DNA of 62,691 nucleotides, the filler included, from Sphacelaria rigidula (lineage: Eukaryota), in the NCBI GenBank assembly GCA_964200075.2. It is 9 parts of 9 records of this genome, joined end to end, with 100 filler letters (N's around TTAATTAATTAA, not from the genome) between each part and the next. Parts side by side here need not be neighbours in the genome. Positions count along the whole stretch, not along the records: positions 6,978 to 13,854 come from CAXNAA020017617.1; positions 13,955 to 20,831 come from CAXNAA020017618.1; positions 20,932 to 27,808 come from CAXNAA020017619.1; 6 more parts are not named here. One strand, 5' to 3'. The position numbers were made by a program, and so were the translations under genes. The notes under the pieces are model-generated. The model was not told the DNA's origin. It saw only the letters and a program-made list of their open reading frames with translations, and searched no databases. Shown here in pieces: positions 11,924 to 23,272 of this stretch (its first letter is position 1; the number at the start of each line of letters is the position of its first letter).

Positions 11924-14219
11924 TGTACATCCATGAAGCCGCTGATGATGATGGTATCCCCGAGTACGACATCGATGTATAGCTGTAGGCACACGACACC
12001 GTTTCACAAGCAAACCTCCCCCGGTAACATGAAAACGTGGTCAAGTCACAGCGAAAAGTAATACCCACTCGCGATCAAACTTGATCTGACGAAGATGTGG
12101 TTATTTTGTTATTTTCGGTTGAACACGATGATATTCTTTCGTATCCAGATCGGGACCTTGGGGGGAACACGCGGCTGGATATATGCACAGACAGGATGTT
12201 GTAGGTGGTCGGTGGTATTCGCGAACAAAGGAGAAGAGATGTTCAGTCGCATACTGTACAACGTCAGGGTTTAGGGACGACAATCCCCTAATCACACAAT
12301 TAATTGGGTACACTACATTCGGCGATTAGGCAAGGGTTATCGCACAGTTCACAATTTACCGCGTTCGTTTGATAGGCCGCGTTGGCTAGGTAAACGGTGT
12401 TGGCGAGATACAAGGCAAATTGAAGGCGGGGAGAACAAAAAGGTTATGCGATTGAGGAATCCGGCAGTTTCCCCGCAACCCTTCGTACTGACTCTTGGAT
12501 ACTGACTTTTGACTACAGAAAAATGTTCTTCTCGTTTCCGGAACAAAAAAGTACCCGTAAAATATGCGCCCCCTCTGTTTCTTTCCGGACCCAGCGGTTC
12601 GGACACTGTTTGTTGTACTTGACCCCAGTCACCAGAGGGGTCGCACCACTACACTCTACAGCGCTGCGCTGCTGTGCTGTTCAACGAACCGGGCTCCAAC
12701 CGCAGATCACATACGCCAGAAACAGGCGGTATCGATAGCATCGTCCACATCGGTCTTCTTGCGGTGAGTGTGCACGTTCGATAGGCATATCTGTATGTAT
12801 GCACGCACCCGTCATGCATCCTGCTTGGCTGCGCGGTATATGCATGCTGTCTGATAATATATGAGCTGCTTGATATCCTCTCCATCAAGTTTATATGTGT
12901 GTGGTATGACGATTGTACCTCCATCATGTGCATCACGCATTGTACTCCTCACGTGCACTAGTGTGTTGCCTGCCTCGCCAATTCAGTGCTGCGATACTGT
13001 ACGGTGCACGGACAGCTGGGGGCGTGGGCGGGTGGGCAATAGACGGCAGTAGAATTGGTTGAGGGCATGACGTGAACAAATTCATGGTTGAAGCGTACTT
13101 GATTTTAGTGTAAAGATGCCCCTTGGGCACTCAAGAATTGACAGGTATAGACGTAGAGCGGATGGGGCGTTTCCAATCCAGGGCGGGTCGACCTGCTCAC
13201 ATTGACATCCTGACGGCACCTCTTCTATATAAATAAAACCTTGGTTTGATTCTCGACTATAATAGTAGAGGACACCATGCGCCTCCTGATGTAACCGTCC
13301 CATGCTCCTAGAAAGGTGTTCGTATGCTTTGGTTGTCATCGACGCTGTAAGTACGTCTGCAATCCACCACCTGTACGATCATACTGAGAGGTGGGCCAGC
13401 GGCAATAGAGACAGCTGTACAGTATTTCATCGACGCGGACGAATTGTGCCGTGATCGATGCATCTATTTTTTTGCGAGCTGGGCCAGCCTATAAACTGAT
13501 TTAAGCTCTCAAAGCAAATATCTCATCGACACAGACGAATTGGGCCGTGATCCGCATACTGTACTAATTGCCTACTCAAGGAAGGGGAAGGTGCCCATCT
13601 GCTGAAAAGTCTGGGTCAAAATTATCTCGTTTATTTAACCCCATCTCTTGTACGGAGTCATTCTTATACCGTACGGAGATAGCGTCCATACTAAAATCTA
13701 TACAGGCTGGTTCAGGCATATCACCCAAGAAACACTCATCGGCAGAACCTCACGCCGTTTTAAGGAGTTTAGACCTTGGATTTTTGCACAGCCACCGTAG
13801 GTAAGGTAGGTACCCGGTACCGGTATTTGGGACATCTCATACCCTACCGATACCNNNNNNNNNNNNNNNNNNNNNNNNNNNNNNNNNNNNNNNNNNNNTT
13901 AATTAATTAANNNNNNNNNNNNNNNNNNNNNNNNNNNNNNNNNNNNNNNNNNNNAAAATCGATCAAGTGCCAGGGACTACTGTACTACTGATACTGCTGG
14001 CGTGTCGCTGCCTGTTCAACTGGTCTCGAGTGATACTGTCTGCTTCTTCGGTGCTCTTGCACCAGACCAGTCTCGCCCGCTTGAACCAACTCTGCGGCGT
14101 TTGCGCCTTGGACACGCGATCCCTTATATCTTATTTCAACTTCGGCATACGCCAGAGTACATCCCTTAAAATTCGTCATCCGCCAACACAAACCTCGTAT
14201 TCATACTGAATACACCCAA

Positions 14220-15075
14220 AACGGCGGAACGGTTATGGATATGAAATGGATGAAAATACTATGCAAAAGAAACCTTCTGAAGCGAAATGTCTAGCGGAAT
14301 GGAAGCGGAAATACTGTGATACTGTGAAATCAGGTAATGCTTGTAAGAGGTTGAGAGAACCGGGAAGAGACGCTGGGAAAGTCCACGAGAGACGCTGGGA
14401 AAGTTCACGACGCATGATAGCAGAGACGTTCTGCCCTGTGTATAATCAAGTGAGGGGCAATGCTAGGTTATCAGAGCTTCTGGGAACGTTCTGGGATTCC
14501 GACCAAAAAAAACGGAGCGATTGAGAGGCCCGTGTGCGGTGGAACAAACGACGGAACGGTTATGAATATGAAATGGATAAAAATACTATGCAAAACACTG
14601 CCGGGAAAGCGATGCTCCTGAAACCTCCTGAAGCGAAATGTCTGGCGAAATGGAAGCGGAAAACGTGTACTGTGATACTGTGATACTGTGAAGTCAGGTA
14701 ATGCTTGACCGGGCAGAGACGCTGGGAAAGTCCTCGACTCATGATAGCAGAGACGTTCTGTTCCGTGTTCTGGTCTTTACACACGGGAAACTTCGCGACT
14801 CACTATAGAACGGGGAAATGCTCGGTTATCAGAGCTTATGTGAACGTTCTGGGATTCTGACCAAGAACGGCGGAGCGATTGGAAGGCCTGTATGCCGTGT
14901 GACGTGGACGAAGGGTCGACGAACGAAGGGTCTACCTCCACGGCAAGGGAAAAACGGCGGAACGAAATGGATGAAAACACCATGCAGAACACTGTCGAGA
15001 AAGCGATGAAAGCGATGCTCCCGAATCGACCTGAAGCGAAATGTCTACCGAAATGGAAGCGGGAAACATGTCAGA
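14220..15075. repeat. Tandem repeat, about 330-400 bp unit, 2.5-3 diverged copies
   Basis: acggcggaac...gaaatggatgaaaa...ctgaagcgaaatgtct...atggaagcgg recurs at about 14221, 14548 and 14954. Confidence 0.85.
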
Positions 15076-15344
15076 GGTTGACAGAACGACGACCCCGTTT
15101 CGCTGTACTCCGCTGTGGTCTAAAATCAAGTAAGAGCCAATACTGCTTCTCAGAGCTTTGGGGAGAATGAAATGGGCGCGAAAAAATGTACTCTAAAATT
15201 AAGTGAAAAAAATGACAGAAAGTGCACCTGCGTTCAATGCTCTTCAACGGCGAAGACGTTAAACGAATTAATTGTTATATCCCGCATTCGAACACATCAT
15301 TTTTTCATCCATATCCATTCATACGAGTAACCAAGCAATATGCT

Positions 15345-16828
15345 TCTTCCCCCTCCCCGACCGCCACCCGTCTGGGGTTGGTTGTGTCGGGGTAGGCCAA
15401 CCCCGTCGACAAGACAACCAGTAAGTAAGGGAGGATAAGTTGACCTACTGGCTTGTCTGCGTGCCGTGTGAGTGGTAACTCAACATACAGTCTAGGTAGT
15501 GGGTCATGTCGACGGTGTCAACGTCCAGGCTGAATCCTGCGGCATCGGAGTTTTACCCTGGAATGGGAACCAAACTGAACCCCGCAGCTGTAGCGTTTTA
15601 CCCGGCGTTGAGACACTCTCACGGAATGTAGTACGTTGATGGAAATGAGGCATGTGTGAGTAAGTATCAAATTCGGCGGACTGGAGACAGCGGCCGACGC
15701 GAGATGGGAAGACTGCACCCTTCCCGCGAGACCAACAAGCAAGGCAAGTACCGTGATAGACGTGCCAAAGCAAAATCGGAACAGAAAAATAACAGCTCGC
15801 CCGTAAAATTAGAAGGCGCAACAGACCAAAAAGGAGAGCAGAACAAAGAGAAAGACGCGTGAATATAGGCTAAAGCTAGGACACGTAGTGGGGAGCTCAA
15901 AGTGGCTACCTATAACGCCCGCACACTGTCCCTCACGGGAAAGAACGGAGCTGGCCATGCTGAGGTGATCCTGAAAAAATGTCAGGCAGTCGGATGTGAT
16001 GTCATCGGGCTACAGGAAACGAGGAGACCAGGTCGAATTTTGTGCGGCGGGATACCGCGGCTTCTGTTGCGGGGCAGAGGGGGGCAAGGGAAGGGCTGGT
16101 CAACATGGGGTTGGGTTGACAGTCGAGGAGTCGATCATCAGCAAGGCGACGTGGACTCAGGCACTCATCAGCGAACGCTTCCTGTCGATAACTTTCAGCC
16201 TAGCGGGTGAATCAAATGCTGCCACGTTTGTTGTTGTATACGCCCCGACAGACACTCCACAGTCAAGAGAGGAGAGAGATGTGTTCTGGACTGAGTTAGA
16301 CAGCATTGTGAACTGTATCCCCCACAAGCATCACCTGTTTATTTTCATGGACGCTAACGCGAGGATTGGACGGCGAACAGGCGAGGAGGAACGTAAAATT
16401 GTGGGAGCTTACGGTCGAGATTCCCGATCCAACGACGGTAACGGCAATTCTCTAGTACAATTTGGAGGCGACAACAGGCTTTCGCTGGTCAACATGTCCT
16501 TTTCCATCCCCAAGGGAAACACCTCGCGTACGTTCAACGGTGTTGCAAATCGCCACGCGGACAGAAGCATCATTGACTACATCATCACACGGCAAGATCA
16601 CCGCAGGCTCGTTCGCAATGTCACCGTCGACCTTCAACCCCCCAACTCGCCGGACTCTGACCACAACATCGTGTGCGCCTCAGTGCGGCTCCTTGGGCGC
16701 TTCGCACACAACAGACCTAGACGAATCCCAACTGGGCGTACACCGATCGACAGACGGGCAATAGTATCTGACCCCGTCAGACGTGAGCAGCTCACCCAGC
16801 TCATCATCAGCGAGCTCGAACAGAGTAT
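15345..16828 (+). mobile_element. Non-LTR retrotransposon (RTE-like LINE) 5' part: UTR plus frameshifted apurinic-like endonuclease, 3'-truncated
   Basis: APE motifs ATYNARTL and DVIGLQET (ORF 15902), then after a frameshift near 16030 VVYAPT, MDANARIG, TFNG, IDYII and SDHN (ORF 15996). Confidence 0.9.
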
Positions 16829-18184
16829 ATGTCACGAATCACGTGGTGGATGTCTAGAGGTGAAGAGTGCCAGGTCGTGGGCACCCGAGTAGTCATCTCA
16901 AAAGACATGTAAGCACCAGGATCCGACCGAGTTCGATGATGATTGTGCATGCAAGATGGTTGAAAGTAACTCTCCACCTCCAGCGCATGCTCGAGACAAT
17001 ACCAGCTGCAGACAAGCCGGGCTTGTTTTGACGAAGACCAGCAAACCTCTGATATCGCAGTACATGGATGGGGTAAATGCTTCTTGTATTATCGGCGACA
17101 GGCTGCTGTACGTGCTGGGATCAATCCTATGAAAGCTCTTTGACACAATGTGTTGAGAATCTGACACAAGGCATGACAAGAGTATGACACATGGAGCCTC
17201 GTCGACTGGAAAATGACCAATAAATCCATGACATGCCCCCAGCTTATACATAGGACCAAACAAAAACAAACTATGGGCTGGCGGGGCCGGAAAAAAAATG
17301 AAGCCTGTGCATCAACGCCTGAAGATACAACGAAAACAATCTGCTGAATTACAGTACAGGGGAAAACTCGTTGCAGATCTAATGAATAGGTAAACCCTGA
17401 TAAGCAGGGGAAAACCCCATCCGTTAGGAAAGAAAAAACAAATATATAATGCCCTTTCCAACGATAGAAACAGCAGACAAGTACGGACGCTGTCGTTTCC
17501 CCGAGATCTCAGTTAGACTGGAGAACGATTGGCTAGTTAGCGTAATCGCGCGTCGACACCCCGGATCAGTTAAACTGGATTTGGGGTAGTACGGGGCTCG
17601 AACCTCGCCAAAAACAACCTTTCCACGAACTGGTCAATACTTACAGGAGTGCAGCTTTTGAGGGGTGCTCTTCTGTAACTACTGACACCTATTCTACCGA
17701 AACTAGAGCCCACGTGTCTTGGCTCACGCATGTACCCGTATGTTACCAAATGGGGAGCAATATCTAACACAGCGACGAAATAAAAGACAGGAACGTTCGA
17801 AATTCATGACTGAAACGTACGGTAACAGCGATATAGAGCTTCTTATTCACTTATTTCATCACCGCACTCCTCTCGCGATGATATCATATACCACATCGCA
17901 CAATAGCTACTCGTCAACATCGATGGCTGCAGTCTATCTTTGGTTCCTCCGTTCCAGCTTGGGGCGCTGGAGTTCCCGGCGAGATAGCTCTTTCCAGTCT
18001 CCATCTTCGTATCGTACTTGCCGAAGCGATTCCCATAATCATACAGTTGGCGCTTCAGCTGGGCACTGGTATAGCCTTTCCAGGAGGTAGCACCTATGAG
18101 CAAAAGCTTCAAGGCATCACTACGTGGGGGAGCGGGGTGCTTCGAGTACGATGGCAGGGTCGAAGAATGTGTGGGGGTGATGAA

Positions 18185-18710
18185 GGTGCGAAAGGCTCAT
18201 GACGCAGTATGAACCAATGGATTGCGGGAAAATATGTAGGAAACTGGGGTCAAAGAAAAGGTGTGGACGATGTTGAAGATGACAGAAATGTGCCAGAAGT
18301 GCGATGATGCTAGACGGGGAAATATCGAAATATTGTGATATTTTGCAAGGAGTTGCCCCAGGATGTACGTTATCACCCACTCTACTCGAGGTATTCATTG
18401 ATGACCTGATATTGGCATTAGACACAGCAAAACAAGGGGTGAAGTTGATGAAGAATTCGGAAACAGTACGGATGGCAGCAGCTGAGAGAATACTTGGATG
18501 CAGTGAAGTTAGTGAGTACGTTGGAAAGAGTACAGATTGCAACAGCTCAGAAAATACTTGGGTGCAGAGAATTTGGTGAAGACGTTGGAAACGGTACAGA
18601 TTGCAACAGCTTAGAAAATACTTGGGTGCAATGAAGTTGGGAAGAAGTTGGGAACAGTACAGATGACAGCAGCTAAGGAAATGACTTGGATGCTCGAAAC
18701 AAATGAGTAT
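18185..18710 (+). mobile_element. LINE reverse transcriptase relic with internal deletion
   Basis: KAHDAV (cf. KAYDxV), QGVAPGCTLSPTLLEVFIDDL (RT GVxQGCxLSPxLF) and ETVRMAAAERILGCS; contains stops. Confidence 0.85.
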
Positions 18711-19854
18711 TCCTTCCCCCCCCCTTGAAGTCTTCCCCTTTTCCCCACCCATCAGTGCCTGAAACACGTAGAGTTCTCGACAATTACGTAGAGTTCTCGA
18801 CAATACAGCACGGTGACATATTCAGACAATGCAATCCAACACAGAGGCAAATTCAGGGGTCAGGTGGAATGTGGATGTCATTCTCTACTTCGGTTCCCCC
18901 AATGTGGGACGCAAACAGTTCTACCATGGACTGTTCTAGATGGGGTGGACGAATATGGAAGGAAATTTTTACTTTCGAGACAGCTGTAGTACGTGTGTAA
19001 TGCTCACGGCCAGTCCAGAGCTCGAAGGGAAACGTGTCAGACGGTAGCATGGCGTCGGGTCGTCGGGTAGGGTGCGATTGCCCAAGAGTGTGCGTGAAAC
19101 ATACTCTCTTTATCTCTGAGGCAAAGATTTGTACAGTGCCGTGAACATTTCAGCAGCCGTGCCCCCAATTCCTCGAATCCTGTAAAACTTTAGGCATAAT
19201 CATCGATAAAATAAATTAAACGAGGCATGCTGAATAAAATGTAGTAATGAGATACGATGTACTAAATACACAGAGACAAAGCACAGAAATGACAAGTAAC
19301 ATGACCTCACATGCATGAGCTATACATGGATGGTTGTTAGGCGGGTCCCAAGTTCGTGTGCCATATCCTAGCTAAGCTATTATGAGGAGACCGCATTGTG
19401 GTATCAAATCGTGTTGTCGACAAACGTTGCCGGGGAGAGTTGGGTAAGCCACACCTCGGTCAGGAAGCTTGTGAATTTCTTCTCTGATCATGCGGTGTTC
19501 TCATGGTAGGAGTCCGCGTTGTTTCGTGGCAAAGGGTGTGCACGCTGTACAGCAACCATCAAGACAGAAGGAACTCGTACTTTGCCCCCTCCAAGGGGGT
19601 TCAGCGATCACACCAGCGAAATAAGTGTCTGAAAACTATATGTAGGGCCTGTAACAACCGTCAAAGACAAGATATATCGTCGCGCAGTCAAGTTGAATGG
19701 TACGCTGGGCATGAAGGGCAAAAAGGCAAAATAGGGAAACTACGTACGTCTGGGTACTGAAAAAGTAATGACAAGGCAATGCACGGGAAGACGAGTGGCA
19801 GCATGATATCGAAAACCAAGTTTGAAGCAACTGAACAATGTAGTATCCAACTAC

Positions 19855-20069
19855 GGTGTGATGCGTGAGAGGACCGCGTGCTTAGAGGACAGCATCGGAA
19901 TGCGAACATACCCATGGTTAGGGTTAGGGTTAGGGTTAGTGTTGGTGTTCTGGTCAGGGACGTGGTACCTGCAGGGACTGGCCCGATTGGTTTTGAAAAA
20001 CGTCGATCCTGCGATGTTTTGAACTACGGCGCGGTCCTCTAAGCACGCGGTCCTCTCACGCAATACAAC
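19855..20069. mobile_element. MITE with perfect TIRs and internal (TTAGGG)n
   Basis: tgcgtgagaggaccgcgtgcttagaggac...gtcctctaagcacgcggtcctctcacgca; ggttagggttagggttagggttag at about 19916-19939; second copy at 43972. Confidence 0.9.
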
Positions 20070-22231
20070 GGTACCGCGAAGGAACAAGGTAGAATCCAAC
20101 TACGGTACAGGGTGCGTCAAGAAGTCAACCTGGTGAATAGCAAACCATACAATCGATTACCAGCGTGGGATAAAATGGGGATCATGTTTAGTGGCACCAA
20201 GGTATTAACCCTGCTACCAGAATGCTATGAAAAGGTACCCGTAATTAGCTAAACCAAAACAAATTGCGGACCCTCCATAAAAAGATACCCGGTATTAGCA
20301 AAATCAAACCAAATTGCAGACACTCCACGCGGGAACATACCGTCATTGGCGAACCGTTCAGTGTTTCCTGCGTGTCCTCCCCAACGGAATGACGTTTAGC
20401 GCCGGTTCCCTCATCGGGATGCGACGCACCTAGGACAAGAGTGTGGGTGAAACAAGGGCGGAAGTGATGGAGGGCGTGGTCAGTATACGTTGGAAGTCTT
20501 GGGATACATGAAAATATGGGTCGATTTTTTACCACGTGACGCAGATCGAAATGTCCTGCGCCGGGTGGTAAATTCGGCATTTCGGCGTTGCAAACCAGAT
20601 AGATGAAACGATTAGAAGCGGATCCCTGCTCAAGCATGATGAATACAGGCAGCGCAACAGACAGGACCCTGCGGATAGCCTACGACAGCACGGTCAAAGA
20701 AAAACATGGGCGCCAAACACAATACAAAAATTTCAGAACATGAAATAAAAAAATTGAGTCACCCTACGATAGGGGGGGGGGGGGGGGGCAACCCATTTGT
20801 GCTGTCCCCGTGGGCTCTGCGAGTGCAGCAANNNNNNNNNNNNNNNNNNNNNNNNNNNNNNNNNNNNNNNNNNNNTTAATTAATTAANNNNNNNNNNNNN
20901 NNNNNNNNNNNNNNNNNNNNNNNNNNNNNNNGTCTACTCATCATACTAAAACCAAGCAATTTCCAGACGAATCATTTCTTGTCCGATCCTTGAAATAAAT
21001 TCAATTTTCAGTGAAAAAATGTCAGCCCAGGGGTAGTGCGCATCTGGAACCTACTCTACGCGTGTGTTTTGGGTAGCTTGGGGGAAATGGCGTATGCCAC
21101 ACAGCTTCCGAGGTGTTTAATCACTGCAAGCGACAACCAGATAAAAGGTGAACTTGTGGGCATGGAACATGTAGGTACAAAATCCTCCACAACTACTCGT
21201 CATTTCAGCAGTTCGGTGGGTGCCGATTTTTTCCCGGAGCACTGGAAGATTCGCAGATTGTCCTCCCTCGGAAAGACGTCCTGCACTCTCGGAGAAGCTT
21301 CCAGTGCACTTCTTCCATCTTCCGCACCTGGTTTGACTTCCGGTCGGACTAGCGATTCACACGAGAGCATACAACTCGGGGAGCGATTAACCTGGGCGGT
21401 CAGAAATGATATAGATCGAGAGAACCATAGTCGGAACGTTTTGCGGAGGAATCTGCTCCTCACGAAATCTGTGTTACGCCTGACCCATCCACTTACTATC
21501 GATCTCCCAGTTATTACGAGAATATCGGAGGTTTCCACAGAAATATTAAAATATGTTGATCATCTTACGCCATGAGAAATTGCCGATCTGGCCATGAAGA
21601 GCCGAACTGGACGTACGAAAAATCAGAACGTGAGCGCTGGAACCCCAGAAAGTATAACGTATCTACCCGCGAAGGTACAATCAGACAAGTTCTCTCTTCG
21701 GAAGGAAATCGGCACCGACCCGCCAGCAGAGAGGCATTCTCCCGAAAGTTATTCGTTCAGTAAAAAACATTGATGCGACAAAGTTTGCTATACAATATTG
21801 CAGTGAGTAGGTGACGGTGGATAACACCCCTCGGGCGGGTCCGGTGCTCTTCCGACGGAGATGTCTCTATCGAGTTTTTCCATAGCTAGTGAGGGGGTAA
21901 CATTGCATCGAACCAGTCGAATATGAAAAGGTTTCCGACGAAAAAAGTCTCACAGTTGGCTGTGCCGACCATAGTTGCAAAAGACTCGGAAGGAGGCCTT
22001 TGGAAGGGAGGAGGACGGGCGAAACAGAGGCGGGGTGGTATACAACATGACCTATATTTACAAGAGCAGCAATATACATGGTGCAGTGGCCGTATCGCGT
22101 CAGAAAAACAAGAGGGCGATTAAAATCGCACGTTGGCATGCCACAACACAGCCCGTGAAACCAAGATTCCGTGAAGATCAGATTCTCCTTTTCTTTACAG
22201 ATCGGGGACGCTTTCCTAGTTCCCCGCAGTT

Positions 22232-23272
22232 TCAACCCGAACGGCTGACGATTCGACGCGCACTCCAACCTTGAACCTTTTGCCCGCTGGAGGTGTCCAT
22301 TCGTTGAATCGGCACCAATCCCAGTCCCTTCTCAAGTGAAAATGATACTGATTCCGCGAATGGACACCTCCGGCGGTCAAAGGTTTGAAGCCCACACATG
22401 TCAGAGCAACATGCCGTGTCTGATTTGTCCACTCCAACGTCCGGCGGCATCACAACAACTTCGCCATCAAGAACAAAACATATAGTTTTACTAGGTGTCC
22501 ACCATCAAGCACCAGTGAATTGTAGATGGATTTCTGTAACTCCACTGAAAAAACTTGAATTGACAAATCAGACACGGTATTTTCGTGCCCATGAGTAGGG
22601 CTTCATCAATCGCTCGGCGTGCTCTGAATAGTCCGCCATTGAGGTCAAACTGTACGACGCTACTCGTACGAAAGAGTTCCCGACATGGAAAAAGAAAGAA
22701 AGAGAGAAAACGTCATCTTCACGCACTCTGTCACGGATGTTCGTGACACAAGCCATGGTTCTACCCAAGTCGACGTGGTGTGATGCGTCGCCATTGAGCT
22801 CGACATGCACTGCCTTGGAAACACCGACAGGGCACAAAGTTGTTGTGGATGACATGGTGACAACTCACGCCACCTCCCAGAGCAATCGCGATGGCATATT
22901 TCTATATCTCAGACAGGGGGAGTTTCCAGGGTTCACGGTGATTGTTTCGTGGGAACGAGGTCGACGATCTCCATCCTCCGACGCATCTACCCGACGCCTG
23001 TAATGTTCTTCGAACTTCTTGAGTGGTTCCAAGTCCTCTGTGCTCAAGCAGAGGCGTAGGCTGTCACCGCACGCCACCTAAACCAACAATGGCCGTGTCT
23101 GTTTACGGCCGTGTGCAAAAAGCCCACGCGGCCGATCCGAAGTCAACAAAGTTTCGCAGATATTTCGGGGCGAAAGTACGTACAGTCGATTGCAAAACAA
23201 GAGTGGTTCATCCGATGTTAAACTGATGGCCGGAAAAGACACAATTGACTCTGATACACACGATTGGAGCAT
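22232..23272 (-). pseudogene. Intronless pseudogene of unknown family (about 345 codons, one frame, few stops)
   Basis: Four listed minus ORFs (23078-23272, 22865-23077, 22568-22855, 22232-22453) share one frame, interrupted by only four internal stops. Confidence 0.4.

Noticed and set aside
18440..18700. CRISPR-like repeat-spacer array
   Set aside because: Repeats are degenerate, LINE-derived and in a eukaryotic context with no cas genes
19916..19939. True telomere
   Set aside because: Only about 4 units, internal to a TIR element and mid-contig
21036..21575. 179-aa plus ORF
   Set aside because: No domain, splice or codon-bias support
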